Shown piece by piece: positions 19,059 through 28,488 of a DNA stretch of 64,000 nt (within the stretch, counting starts at the first letter, position 1; each line of letters opens with the position of its first letter). The stretch lies in assembly GCA_021775005.1 (NCBI GenBank), contig JAJFIK010000080.1, positions 2,014 through 66,013 of the forward strand, given 5' to 3'. Origin of the DNA: Rhodospirillales bacterium. GTDB taxonomy: Bacteria; Pseudomonadota; Alphaproteobacteria; JAJFIK01. Made by a program: the position numbers and the translations under genes. The notes below the pieces were generated by a model. The model was not told the origin of the DNA. It saw only the letters and a list, made by a program, of their open reading frames with translations, and did no database searches.

Positions 19059-20327
19059 ATGGAATTTATTCAAGAGCACGGAACGCTCCTCATCATCATT
19101 GCGGTTATCTTTGGCCTCTACATGACCTGGGGCATTGGCGCGAATGATGTTGCAAATGTCATGGGCACGTCAGTTGGGTCTGGCGCGATTACGGTAACGA
19201 CCGCGATCATGATAGCGGCGGTCTTCGAATTCGCCGGTGCGGCGCTGGCTGGCGGTCATGTCACCGATACGATCAGAAAAGGCATCATTGATTCAGGGCC
19301 GCTTGAAAGCGCGCCTGAAATTCTTGTGCTGGGCATGCTCGCTTCGCTGCTTGCGGCCGCCATTTGGTTGATGGTCGCGTCTATGCGTGGTTGGCCGGTG
19401 TCAACAACCCATTCGATCGTCGGCGCCATTGTCGGGTTTGCCCTCGCCGCCATTGGGCTTGAAGCCGTTGATTGGGGGAAGATCAGCCAGATTGTGGCGA
19501 GCTGGGTGGTTTCGCCTGTGCTGGGCGGGATCATTTCTTTTGCCTTGATGATCAGTATTCGGCAATTGATTTTGAACACAGACAATCCCTTTGCCTCTGC
19601 AAAACGATGGGGGCCGATTTATGTGTTTCTTGTGGGTTTCATCATTTCACTTGTCACCATCTTCAAGGGGTTAAAGCATCTTGATATCGAACTCAGTGCT
19701 GGTTCGAGTTTCATTTTCGCGACAATTTTTGGATTGGCGACAGCGCTGATCGGATATGCGTTGATTCGCCGGGTTCAGGTGGACCCCGAGGCGGATCGCG
19801 ACTTTCACTACGCGAGTGTTGAGCGCGTGTTTGTCCCGATGATGATTTTTACCGCCTGCGCCATGGCTTTCGCGCATGGGTCAAACGATGTGGCGAACGG
19901 TGTTGGCCCGATGGCCGCAGTGGTCGGCCTTGTGCAGTCGGGCGGCGAGGTTGCGCAAAGCTCCTCGTTGCCGTTGTGGATCTTGGTCTTGGGCGGCGTG
20001 GGGATCGTTGTGGGTTTGGCGACCTATGGCTATCGCGTGATGCGCACCATCGGGTCCAAAATTACGGAGCTGACCCCGACGCGCGGGTTCTGCGCTACGA
20101 TGGCGGCTGCGGTGACCGTTGTACTTGCGTCCCGAACCGGAATGCCGGTTTCCACAACCCACATTGCAGTGGGCGGCGTTATCGGCGTCGGCATGGCGCG
20201 CGGGATCGGGGCCATTGATCTTCGCGTGATCGGCGGGATTTTCATGTCGTGGATAACCACGCTACCCGTTTCAGGCGGTCTATCCGCGATCATCTATTTC
20301 ATCCTGTATGCGATCTTCCTAGGCTAG
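19059..20327 (+). CDS. pit: Inorganic phosphate transporter, PiT family
   Basis: GANDVAN, PVSTTH, HGSNDVAN, second PVSTTH. Confidence 0.93.
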   Translation: MEFIQEHGTLLIIIAVIFGLYMTWGIGANDVANVMGTSVGSGAITVTTAIMIAAVFEFAGAALAGGHVTDTIRKGIIDSGPLESAPEILVLGMLASLLAAAIWLMVASMRGWPVSTTHSIVGAIVGFALAAIGLEAVDWGKISQIVASWVVSPVLGGIISFALMISIRQLILNTDNPFASAKRWGPIYVFLVGFIISLVTIFKGLKHLDIELSAGSSFIFATIFGLATALIGYALIRRVQVDPEADRDFHYASVERVFVPMMIFTACAMAFAHGSNDVANGVGPMAAVVGLVQSGGEVAQSSSLPLWILVLGGVGIVVGLATYGYRVMRTIGSKITELTPTRGFCATMAAAVTVVLASRTGMPVSTTHIAVGGVIGVGMARGIGAIDLRVIGGIFMSWITTLPVSGGLSAIIYFILYAIFLG

Positions 20328-20341
20328 ACCGGGAGCTGCGT

Positions 20342-22396
20342 TCAGAGCTCGACCGTCTGATTGATGTATTTAAGGGCGGGTTCGGGGACGAATTCCAGCG
20401 GTGTCGCGCGCCCGGCCTTGACCACCATGGCGCCAAAGCGATGGGTGTAGGCGGAATAGATCACGTGATGACCTTTGATCCCTCCGGCGTCCCACCACAC
20501 GGTCTCATCCACAGATAGGGGTGTGTGTCCGACGATGAACGGTGCCTTTTTGGGAAGCCCCAAGGTGCTCCGGAAGCGTTTAACGCTGCCCTTGAAATAT
20601 CCCGCTGGACGATTGCTCTGGCGCAACCGGTTCCAAATAATCTCATGCTGAATCCCTGGGTAGCGATTGATATTGACCAGCATTTTGCGATCAACGCGAG
20701 ATCGAACCGGCGCGCCATGGCAAGCGGCAAACCCATTTCCTTCCACGATGTATGCCAAGCCATCAAAAAGCTTTTCAACCTCTTCAGCGTATTCCTCACC
20801 TCTTCGTTTCTCGAGGTGTTTTTTGAGAAGCAGGCCCTGGGGCACGCCGCTCTTGCCGACGGCATATGAGAATGTTTCGTGATTGCCACGAACGTAGAAG
20901 ACGTTTTTTGGGAAGCGCTGTTTCAGCATGCAGAAGAAATCGAGCATGAAGAGTGTGGGCTCCATTTCCTCGATTTGATCCGGTTCCTCAGAGTGAACCA
21001 TGTCACCTAGAAAAACGAGACAGGCTTTACCTTCCTCCAATTGTGAAAGCGTCCCGCCTTCACCGAGGACACGAAGGACATTGTCGACTTGGGCATGGGT
21101 ATCCCCAAGCAGGACGACGGTGGCGTCATCGGGCAATTTGATGATGCCGCCCGGTCGACCGTCGTCGCCCCATTCGCGGTGGGCTTCATCGGCAATGATG
21201 GCATTGGTCGCAACGATGGCCTTCAGCGCTTCATCCGTTCCAAAAGTCACCAACGGGCAACCCAGTATTTTGGGAATGCGCATAAGGGTTTCATGCCGGG
21301 CGACCCAAGCCGCCCGCGGCAGGCTTAATGTCGACAGTGTAGTTGAGTGCGCGTGGTCGAGGGGGTGGATGGTCAACTCGCCCCGCCGGTTGGTAATCCG
21401 CACGTGGCGTTCCGCAACGGAATCGTTAAAGCCAAGTGTGCTTCGGTACGCCCCCTTGCTGTTACCAAGAATGATGGTCTTGCCCGCGGGTACCCTGATG
21501 AAACGGGGAACGTCCTCATAAAACGCGTTGCCGGAGTGGATTATCCATTCGCGGTCACCGACAAGAGGCGCTCCTGTCAGGGACCGGTCTGGATGAAATT
21601 CTATAGCCACGCCCCCAAGGCGCATTTGAAAGGGCTCCCCCGACCAGCCTATGCGGCATGGCCCGGCCAGCGTTTGCGGCGCGGCGGCGGGTTGGATCAA
21701 CTCCCCTTCGCGCGCGTGACGCACGACGGCGTCCAATCGCGCAAGCAGGGTGGGCTTCACCGCAGAAAGCGGCGGCGGCGCCTTGCGACATTCAATGATA
21801 TTCATGGGCGGGCCATCGCGCTGGGTCCGCACATAGACATTCATACCCGACAGCCAAAAGTACCAAGCGATGGTCCGATAAAAATCAATCTGGGCGCGCA
21901 CCAGGTCGAGCGAGACACCTTCGTCATGGGGAAAGAGACCGGTTTTGGCGCGGCGTTGCCGATCTTCAAAAACTTCCTCGGCCGGCGGCAAGATCATGTC
22001 GAAGGTGTATCTTGTGCGCCAGTTAACACCGAACAACCACTTTTTCTGCGGCGGGATGGCGACCCGGTCAAAATCCATTTCAAGTGAGGCGAAATTCGCT
22101 TTCCATTCGCTGTCAATGACAGCAAGGGATTGACGCTCCCCTTTGAACGGCGCGCCAAGGTGAACCTCGCGCGGCCTGAATGTAAGCTCCCGCATCAACC
22201 ACCAGTGCGGCAGGGTGAGGTCGATATAGGCCTCATACGGCCAGCCGCGCATTTTAGCGACAAGCGTGCTTTTTCCTGCGCCAGGCGGTCCTGTGATCAG
22301 AAACTGGCGGTATCTTGTTTCCTTCGGGAATTGCACCCCGTGGATAAGCCGCAGGTCCGCGATAGGCGCAAGGATCATGTCTTCCGCTGAGATCAT
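20342..22396 (-). CDS. Fusion: N-terminal P-loop (kinase-like) domain, central FHA-like domain, C-terminal PPP-type metallophosphoesterase
   Basis: ITGPPGAGKST; IILG...SVAERHVRI; GDTH, GDMVH, RGNHE, CHG, VGHTP. Confidence 0.8.
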   Translation of the reverse strand: MISAEDMILAPIADLRLIHGVQFPKETRYRQFLITGPPGAGKSTLVAKMRGWPYEAYIDLTLPHWWLMRELTFRPREVHLGAPFKGERQSLAVIDSEWKANFASLEMDFDRVAIPPQKKWLFGVNWRTRYTFDMILPPAEEVFEDRQRRAKTGLFPHDEGVSLDLVRAQIDFYRTIAWYFWLSGMNVYVRTQRDGPPMNIIECRKAPPPLSAVKPTLLARLDAVVRHAREGELIQPAAAPQTLAGPCRIGWSGEPFQMRLGGVAIEFHPDRSLTGAPLVGDREWIIHSGNAFYEDVPRFIRVPAGKTIILGNSKGAYRSTLGFNDSVAERHVRITNRRGELTIHPLDHAHSTTLSTLSLPRAAWVARHETLMRIPKILGCPLVTFGTDEALKAIVATNAIIADEAHREWGDDGRPGGIIKLPDDATVVLLGDTHAQVDNVLRVLGEGGTLSQLEEGKACLVFLGDMVHSEEPDQIEEMEPTLFMLDFFCMLKQRFPKNVFYVRGNHETFSYAVGKSGVPQGLLLKKHLEKRRGEEYAEEVEKLFDGLAYIVEGNGFAACHGAPVRSRVDRKMLVNINRYPGIQHEIIWNRLRQSNRPAGYFKGSVKRFRSTLGLPKKAPFIVGHTPLSVDETVWWDAGGIKGHHVIYSAYTHRFGAMVVKAGRATPLEFVPEPALKYINQTVEL

Positions 22397-22411
22397 GCAT
22401 CCGCCCTAAAG

Positions 22412-22446
22412 CAAAACGGAGCGGTGAACAATCCGTTCCCGCTCCC
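22412..22446 (-). terminator. Stem-loop downstream of gcrA
   Basis: Minus strand GGAGCGG-GAAC...GTTC-A-CCGCTCC followed by GTTTTG. Confidence 0.55.
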
Positions 22447-22450
22447 TGCG

Positions 22451-22897
22451 TTAAAGGATGCGGACCTTGCGCTTTTCGCGGCGGGCTTGTGCCGGCTGAA
22501 ATGCCATCCGGGCATGGCCCTCGCAATAAGGTGAGCCTGCGTTGGATGGGCGACCGCAAAACCGGAAGTCGGGCTGGGTCGGATCACCGATGGGCCACTT
22601 ACACATGCTTTCGGTCACCGTCATCACAGTGGCGTATTGACCGTTTTCAAGCACCACAGGTTCTTCAACCACGATGGGCTTGGTCATCACCGGCTTGGCC
22701 TGGGGCTTTGGCATGGTGATGCGTTTGGGCCGGTCAGCCCGTGATGGTGAGCCGCGGCCCGAGAGGCCCAGACGGTGCACTTTGCCGATCACTGCATTGC
22801 GCGTGACCCCGCCCAATTGGCGCGCGATCTGACTGGCGCTGAGCCCTTCGGCCCAAAGTTTTTTAAGTTCCGCTACCCTGTCGTCGGTCCAGCTCAT
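22451..22897 (-). CDS. gcrA: Cell-cycle regulator GcrA
   Basis: MSWTDDRV..LKKLWAEGLSASQIA..LGGVTRNAVIGKVHRLGL; CKWPIGDP...FCG...YC..H. Confidence 0.96.
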   Translation of the reverse strand: MSWTDDRVAELKKLWAEGLSASQIARQLGGVTRNAVIGKVHRLGLSGRGSPSRADRPKRITMPKPQAKPVMTKPIVVEEPVVLENGQYATVMTVTESMCKWPIGDPTQPDFRFCGRPSNAGSPYCEGHARMAFQPAQARREKRKVRIL

Positions 22898-22987
22898 GAC
22901 CTCACCCCTTTTTGTCGTTCCTATTCCCGATCAGCACCTCTTTTTTGAGGCCGAATCCCGCAGAAAACCTGACCAAATCGACGGGAA

Positions 22988-23096
22988 ACCGCATATCTTG
23001 TGCCTAACAAGCTGCTGACTACTAGATATCGTACCAGAGGGGGCTGGCGAATCAAGATGCTTGGTAAATATTTGTTAAGACCCCCACATATTGTGG
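22988..23096. promoter_or_regulatory. Array of NrdR-box-like 16-mers at 31-bp period
   Basis: 22988 ACCGCATATCTTGTGC; 23019 CTACTAGATATCGTAC; 23050 AATCAAGATGCTTGGT (weak); 23081 CCCCCACATATTGTGG, versus consensus acaCwAtATaTwGtgt. Confidence 0.6.
23064..23078. promoter_or_regulatory. CtrA-box-like site upstream of gcrA
   Basis: GTAA-ATATTTG-TTAA, one mismatch to TTAA-N7-TTAA. Confidence 0.6.
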
Positions 23097-23198
23097 TCGA
23101 ACCTGTACCGATTCGCATAGGTGAGTCGCGGAAAAAGCATTTGCCGGGGGGGCAGGCGGCGCTTAAGTTGCTGCGCTCATTTCAAAGGATTTTCTGCC

Positions 23199-24005
23199 AT
23201 GGCGGCCGATTTTACGGCCTGGGGCGAGCGACGCTTCGGGCAATTCAACTATCTTGGCGTTTGGACGCTCTACAAAAAAGAAGTACTGCGCTTTGTGAAG
23301 GTGCTGAGCCAAACCATTTTTGCGCCGGTCATCACGTCGTTGCTCTTTTTGTTCATCTTCACGACCGCCCTTGGCAGCTATCGGCCAGATGTGAACGGCA
23401 TTCCCTTCCCTGCATTTATGGCACCGGGGTTGATCATGATGCAGATCATCCAAAACGCGTTTGCCAATACCGCTTCCTCGCTTTTGGTCTCAAAAGTTCA
23501 AGGCAATATTGTTGATTTTCTCATGCCGCCTTTGTCTGCCAGCGAGTTGACGTTTGCCTTTGCGCTCGGCGGCGCGACAAGAGGCATGGCGGTCGCTCTT
23601 GCGGCCTGGGTGATCATGTATTGGTTTGCGCCACTTCAGATAGCTCATCTCGGTGCCGTGCTGTTCTTTGCTTTCGGCGCATCCTTGATGTTGTCCTTTG
23701 TGGGAATATTGGGCGGCATATGGGCTGAAAAATTTGACCACCTCGCAACGGTGACCAACTTCTTCATCATGCCGGCGGCATTTCTTTCCGGTACCTTTTA
23801 TTCCGTTGACGTGCTTCCGGGCATTTGGAACACCATCAGCCACTGGAACCCCATGTTCTATCTCATTGACGGGTTTCGCTACGGCTTTACGGGAACCACC
23901 GACGGGGACATGCGCATCGGGATTGCGTTGGTCATCGGCATGAACCTTGTGTTGGCCCTTTGGTGTCATGCGCTGTTCAAACGCGGCTACAATCTTAAAG
24001 CATAA
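23199..24005 (+). CDS. ABC-2 type transporter permease (YadH-like)
   Basis: TLYKKEVLRF.KV..QT..AP, FMAPGLIMM, FLSGTFY, NPMFYLIDGFRYGF. Confidence 0.92.
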   Translation: MAADFTAWGERRFGQFNYLGVWTLYKKEVLRFVKVLSQTIFAPVITSLLFLFIFTTALGSYRPDVNGIPFPAFMAPGLIMMQIIQNAFANTASSLLVSKVQGNIVDFLMPPLSASELTFAFALGGATRGMAVALAAWVIMYWFAPLQIAHLGAVLFFAFGASLMLSFVGILGGIWAEKFDHLATVTNFFIMPAAFLSGTFYSVDVLPGIWNTISHWNPMFYLIDGFRYGFTGTTDGDMRIGIALVIGMNLVLALWCHALFKRGYNLKA

Positions 24006-24014
24006 GATTAAGTC

Positions 24015-24980
24015 ATGACGGAAAGTGTGAGCAGTGAGCTGAGCGACGATCTTGTATTGCCGTTTCAAATAGAAACCACCGGCGTGCGGGGTCGTGTGGC
24101 TCGGCTCGGGCCGTTGGTCGAGGACATTCTAACCCGCCACGCCTATCCCGACCCCGTTGCGCGCCTTTTGGGCGAAGCGTTGGCTCTTGTAGCATTGCTG
24201 GGTGTTTCGCTTAAGTTCAATGGCACCCTGGTGCTGCAAACCCAATGCGATGGCCCCGTCTCATTGCTTGTGGCGAGTTTCACGTCGCCGGGGGGCATCC
24301 GTGGGTTTGCCCAATTTGACGAAGCCGCGCTCAAAGCTTTGGAGGACGACGCGCAAGGCGCGGGTCGACTTCTTGGCAACGGCCATTTGGCGCTCACCAT
24401 TGATCCGGGCGGTGAGATGGATCGCTATCAGGGCATTGTTGCACTCAAGGGCCAAAGTCTTGCCGACGCCGCCCATGAATATTTCCGGCAATCAGAACAG
24501 ATCGCCACTGCCATCAAGCTTTCCGTCGGCAGCGTCGCCACTAGCGATGGCCAAGCCTGGCGCGCGGGCGGGATCATGATCCAACACCTGGCGGTGGAGG
24601 GCGGTATTATCGATGAGCGCGAACGCGCCGCGCGCGCTGAGGCTGAAGGCGGCGTCAATACCGATGCAGAAGAAGCCTGGGGTCGCGCCGTCGCGTTACT
24701 TCAAACCACCGAAGATCATGAGCTTCTTGATCCCACCCTCACGCCGCAAGAGCTACTCTATCGCCTGTTTCATGAAGACGGCGTGCGCGTTTTTGAAGCG
24801 CACCCGGTCGCTCGCGTTTGTCGTTGTTCAGTTTCACGCAGCCGCGGTATCTTGAAAAGTTTTCCGGCGGAAGAAAAAAGCGACATGATCGAAGAGGGGT
24901 TGCTGCGTGTGCGCTGCGAGTTCTGCAATTCCGAATATTGCTTTGACCCCGATACGCTAGAGCCGGTCGCTCAGGACTAG
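24015..24980 (+). CDS. hslO: Hsp33 redox-regulated chaperone
   Basis: VRGRVARL, YQGIV, YFRQSEQI, LLYRLFHE, CRCS...CEFC. Confidence 0.95.
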   Translation: MTESVSSELSDDLVLPFQIETTGVRGRVARLGPLVEDILTRHAYPDPVARLLGEALALVALLGVSLKFNGTLVLQTQCDGPVSLLVASFTSPGGIRGFAQFDEAALKALEDDAQGAGRLLGNGHLALTIDPGGEMDRYQGIVALKGQSLADAAHEYFRQSEQIATAIKLSVGSVATSDGQAWRAGGIMIQHLAVEGGIIDERERAARAEAEGGVNTDAEEAWGRAVALLQTTEDHELLDPTLTPQELLYRLFHEDGVRVFEAHPVARVCRCSVSRSRGILKSFPAEEKSDMIEEGLLRVRCEFCNSEYCFDPDTLEPVAQD

Positions 24981-26140
24981 GCGCAAACTTCATCCATCAA
25001 TTTGCGGAAGAAAATAACGCTCATTTCAACTTGCTCCAGAGTAACGAACTCGTTCGGCTTATGCGCCTGCTCTATAGACCCCGGCCCGCAAATAACCGAA
25101 GGCAATCCGGCATCTGTAAATATGCCAGCTTCAGCTGCGTAAGATACCGTTTCAGCGCGATTGGCACCGGTTAGTTTCAATGCAAGCTCTTCGGCGGGGT
25201 TACCGCTTTTGCCAAGCAGTCCGGGCACGCGCACAAAATCTTCTGTGATGATCGAGGCATCCTCACCGGCTTCGACTCTCAAGCGCGGCAGCACGATCGT
25301 GTCAGCGTGGGTAATGAATTCATCACGCAGGTTGTCCACGTCTTCCTGCGGCAGGGGGCGATATTCCCAGTCAAACGAGCACTCGCGCGGCACGATGTTG
25401 ATGGCGGTGCCGCCATTGATCAGACCAATGGACATAGTGGTGTGCGGTGGATCGAAGCGACCTGAACTGTCACCTTTGTCGATCATCTCTTGCTTGAGCA
25501 TAGAAATATGATTGATCAACTCAGTGGCATAGAGGATAGCGCTTGCGCCGTTGGCGGGCAGGCTGGAATGGCTTTCTTTGCCGGTCACAGTGGTGCGAAA
25601 AACCCGCATGCCCTTGTTGGCGCTGATCACTTTCATATCCGTTGGCTCACCAACAATCACGCAGCGGGGCGAAGGGATTGCACCGGGCAATTGCGCCACA
25701 AGGCCGTGCACGCCGATGCAGCCAATTTCTTCATCATAGGAAAGCGCGAAATGTAACGGCACCTGCAAATCGCGCTCAATAAATTCTGGAACAAGCGCAA
25801 GGGCGATGGCGCTAAAGGCCTTCATGTCACATGTGCCGCGGCCATAAAGCTTGCCGTCCTTTTCAACAATACTGAAGGGGTCGGTCTTCCAGTCTTGTCC
25901 ATCTACGGGCACCACATCTGTGTGGCCGGACAGAATGATGCCGCCTTCCACATCAGGACCGATGCTGGCAATCAGGTTCGCTTTGGTGCCGTCATCGTTG
26001 TAGACTCGCGTGCACCTTGCGCCATAGGGGGCAAGATAGTCTTCGACGAAGGAAATCAATTCCAAATTGGAATTGCGGCTGGTGGTGTCAAAGCTCACCA
26101 GTTTTTCGATCATCTGTCGGGGAGTAACGCGTTCAGACAT
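24977..26140 (-). CDS. argE: Acetylornithine deacetylase (M20)
   Basis: LSGHTDVVP, GRGTCDMK, YDEEIGC, GEPT, GPGSIEQAHKPNE. Confidence 0.92.
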   Translation of the reverse strand: MSERVTPRQMIEKLVSFDTTSRNSNLELISFVEDYLAPYGARCTRVYNDDGTKANLIASIGPDVEGGIILSGHTDVVPVDGQDWKTDPFSIVEKDGKLYGRGTCDMKAFSAIALALVPEFIERDLQVPLHFALSYDEEIGCIGVHGLVAQLPGAIPSPRCVIVGEPTDMKVISANKGMRVFRTTVTGKESHSSLPANGASAILYATELINHISMLKQEMIDKGDSSGRFDPPHTTMSIGLINGGTAINIVPRECSFDWEYRPLPQEDVDNLRDEFITHADTIVLPRLRVEAGEDASIITEDFVRVPGLLGKSGNPAEELALKLTGANRAETVSYAAEAGIFTDAGLPSVICGPGSIEQAHKPNEFVTLEQVEMSVIFFRKLMDEVCA

Positions 26141-26173
26141 TGCAAGGGTTCCTGAATTTCTTGGCGTGCACGG

Positions 26174-27625
26174 CTAGCTGCGCCAGAAGCTGGGAAGAAA
26201 TAGAACGAGTACAGTGAAAAGTTCAAGCCGCCCCAACAACATGGCGGCAGAAAGGGTAATTTTAGCTTCATCCGGCAAAGTCGCGAATGATCCCGAAGGG
26301 CCGATGGTTTCGCCCAATCCCGGACCAACATTGGCAAGCGCGGTTCCCGCCGCCGACCACGCGGTGATGGAATCCAGTCCAAAAAGCGAAAGTAAGATGG
26401 CGGTGCCTGCAAAGATCACCATGAAGAGAAAGAAAAAACTCATCACCGATGCGCTCACGCTCATGGGAACGGGGCGTTTGTTATAGCGCGGGGTAAAAAC
26501 CCCATGGGGGTGGATCATGCGTAGCACATGGGTTCGCGCCACCGCTTCGATCACTTGAAAGCGGAAGATCTTGATGCCGCAGCTGGTGGACCCGGCGCAG
26601 CCGCCAATGAACATGGCAAAAAACAATATGGCAATCGCAAACGGTCCCCAGGCATTGTAGTCAGTGGTGACGTACCCGGTGCCGGTCAATACAGAGATGC
26701 CATTGAAGGCGGCGGAACGAAACGCACTTTCGCCGCTATCGATACCGCCAAGGCCTTGGTAGGCCAGTAAGGCACCAACCACGATGGCAACCAAAAGAAA
26801 GAAGCCACGCACCTGAGCATCGCGCGTGATCACCGACCACCGCAATGGAAACGCTTGCAGATAAAGCACAAAGGGAAGGCTGCTTAAGAGCATGAACACA
26901 ATGCCGGTGTAGTGGACCCCCGGCGAGATCCAGTTGCCCAACGAGTTATCCGAAGTTGAGAACCCGCCGGTGGCGACGGTGGTCATGGCGTGAGCGATGG
27001 CGTGGGCGGGTGCCATGCCAAAGGCCCAATAGCTCACCGCGCATGCAAACGTCAGCGCGGCATAAAGCAGTACAATGGACCCCACAATCTGTTGCGCGCG
27101 AGGTAGAATTTTCTCGGAAGTGTCCGAAGACTCCATACGGAAGATCTGCATCCCGCCGACTTGCAGCATGGGCAAAACGGCAATGGCCATAACGATGATC
27201 CCCACGCCGCCAAGCCATTGCAGAATGGCGCGCCATGCCAGAACCCCGGGGGGTGCGCTATCAAGACCAACAATCACTGTTGATCCGGTGGTGGTGAGCC
27301 CGGACATGGCCTCAAAAAAAGCATCCACATAGGAGAGTGACACCCCCGGCGCGATGGCGAGGGGGATGGCTGCGAAGATCACCAGAACGGTCCAGCTCGC
27401 CGTTGTGAGGACGAAGGCTTGCTTTAGTGTCAGATCGCCGCGGAAGCCGCGCATGGTCAGCCAAAGTGAAACCCCAACGAACAGGGTTCCAGCGCCAGAC
27501 CCGGCGAACACAAGCCAATCAGGGTTGCCAACATTGAGATCAATCAGCGCCGGGATCATCATGGCGATCCCAAGCGTCGTCAGCAAAATGCCGAGCACCA
27601 ATAAAATCGGCCTGAGATTGAGCAA
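26174..27625 (-). CDS. trkH: TrkH potassium uptake membrane protein
   Basis: FEAMSGLTTTG, QWLGGVG, TGGFS, GGCAGSTSCGIK, NVGPG, GRLE; TTG start inferred. Confidence 0.93.
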   Translation of the reverse strand: MLNLRPILLVLGILLTTLGIAMMIPALIDLNVGNPDWLVFAGSGAGTLFVGVSLWLTMRGFRGDLTLKQAFVLTTASWTVLVIFAAIPLAIAPGVSLSYVDAFFEAMSGLTTTGSTVIVGLDSAPPGVLAWRAILQWLGGVGIIVMAIAVLPMLQVGGMQIFRMESSDTSEKILPRAQQIVGSIVLLYAALTFACAVSYWAFGMAPAHAIAHAMTTVATGGFSTSDNSLGNWISPGVHYTGIVFMLLSSLPFVLYLQAFPLRWSVITRDAQVRGFFLLVAIVVGALLAYQGLGGIDSGESAFRSAAFNGISVLTGTGYVTTDYNAWGPFAIAILFFAMFIGGCAGSTSCGIKIFRFQVIEAVARTHVLRMIHPHGVFTPRYNKRPVPMSVSASVMSFFFLFMVIFAGTAILLSLFGLDSITAWSAAGTALANVGPGLGETIGPSGSFATLPDEAKITLSAAMLLGRLELFTVLVLFLPSFWRS

Positions 27626-27707
27626 TGCAGTAGCACCTGAGCCAATTGCGAGACCTATAGCGCTACCCCGTGTCACGGGGCGCGGTCAATCAAAGGGCGT
27701 ATTTGCG

Positions 27708-28100
27708 CTAATTGATGGTGCGGCGACCAAAGGGACTGTCCAGGGAAAAGGCGGGGATTGTCACATCCAGCATGGTGCCGTCATCGGTACTCATCTGATA
27801 GATGCCAGCCATGATACCTGATGGCGTCTGAAGCGGTGCGCCGGAAGTATATTCAAAACGCTCCCCGGGATTGAGAACAGGTTGTTCTCCCACGACACCC
27901 TCACCATGGACTTCCTGGGTCTTGCCCGCCGCATCGGTAATGCGCCAATGCCGATGGTGCAGTTTCACTGTCGATCCGCTCTGATTCTCAATCACCACCC
28001 GATAGGACCAAACGTAATAGTCGTCCTCTGGTGAGGACTGGTCGTCAAGGTAATTAGGCTCCACGGCAACGCGGATGGAATGGGTCGTGGCGTCGTACAC
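27708..28100 (-). CDS. apaG: ApaG protein
   Basis: [31 protein letters not shown] start with GGAGG RBS. Confidence 0.94.
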   Translation of the reverse strand: MYDATTHSIRVAVEPNYLDDQSSPEDDYYVWSYRVVIENQSGSTVKLHHRHWRITDAAGKTQEVHGEGVVGEQPVLNPGERFEYTSGAPLQTPSGIMAGIYQMSTDDGTMLDVTIPAFSLDSPFGRRTIN

Positions 28101-28488
28101 TGTGCGGCCTCCAGAGGCCCGCTCAGCGGGTCTCAATTTATGATTGTAATTGCTCGAAATGGTGCGGCGCATTCGGCCCCTCTGTCTAGTGGATTTGTGC
28201 CACGGGGCGAGGGAAACTGATAGCATTGGTTAAGCGCGAGATAGGGTCAGGATGGGCCAAGATCGCCCGCCGCGTGTTATACAACCTAGCCTTGGTCGCC
28301 CTTTGGCTGCTCGTTGGATTAATGGGCGGCGCTCCCGGTACCGAATCGTGCAAAATTTGGCGCGGGTGGACGGAAATTGGGGTGAGGTCTCTTGAGGGCG
28401 GCCCGCCCGCCTGTGATAAGAGGTTCTCGCAAAATTTAATCCGGCGAGGGGCGGGGCATGGCGCGCCGGCAGAAAAGGGTTGGCACGA

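Noticed and set aside
22988..23096. 31-bp periodic motifs as a mini CRISPR array or iteron set
   Set aside because: Units are short and degenerate with 15-bp spacers, and there is no cas or rep gene; they fit transcription-factor boxes better
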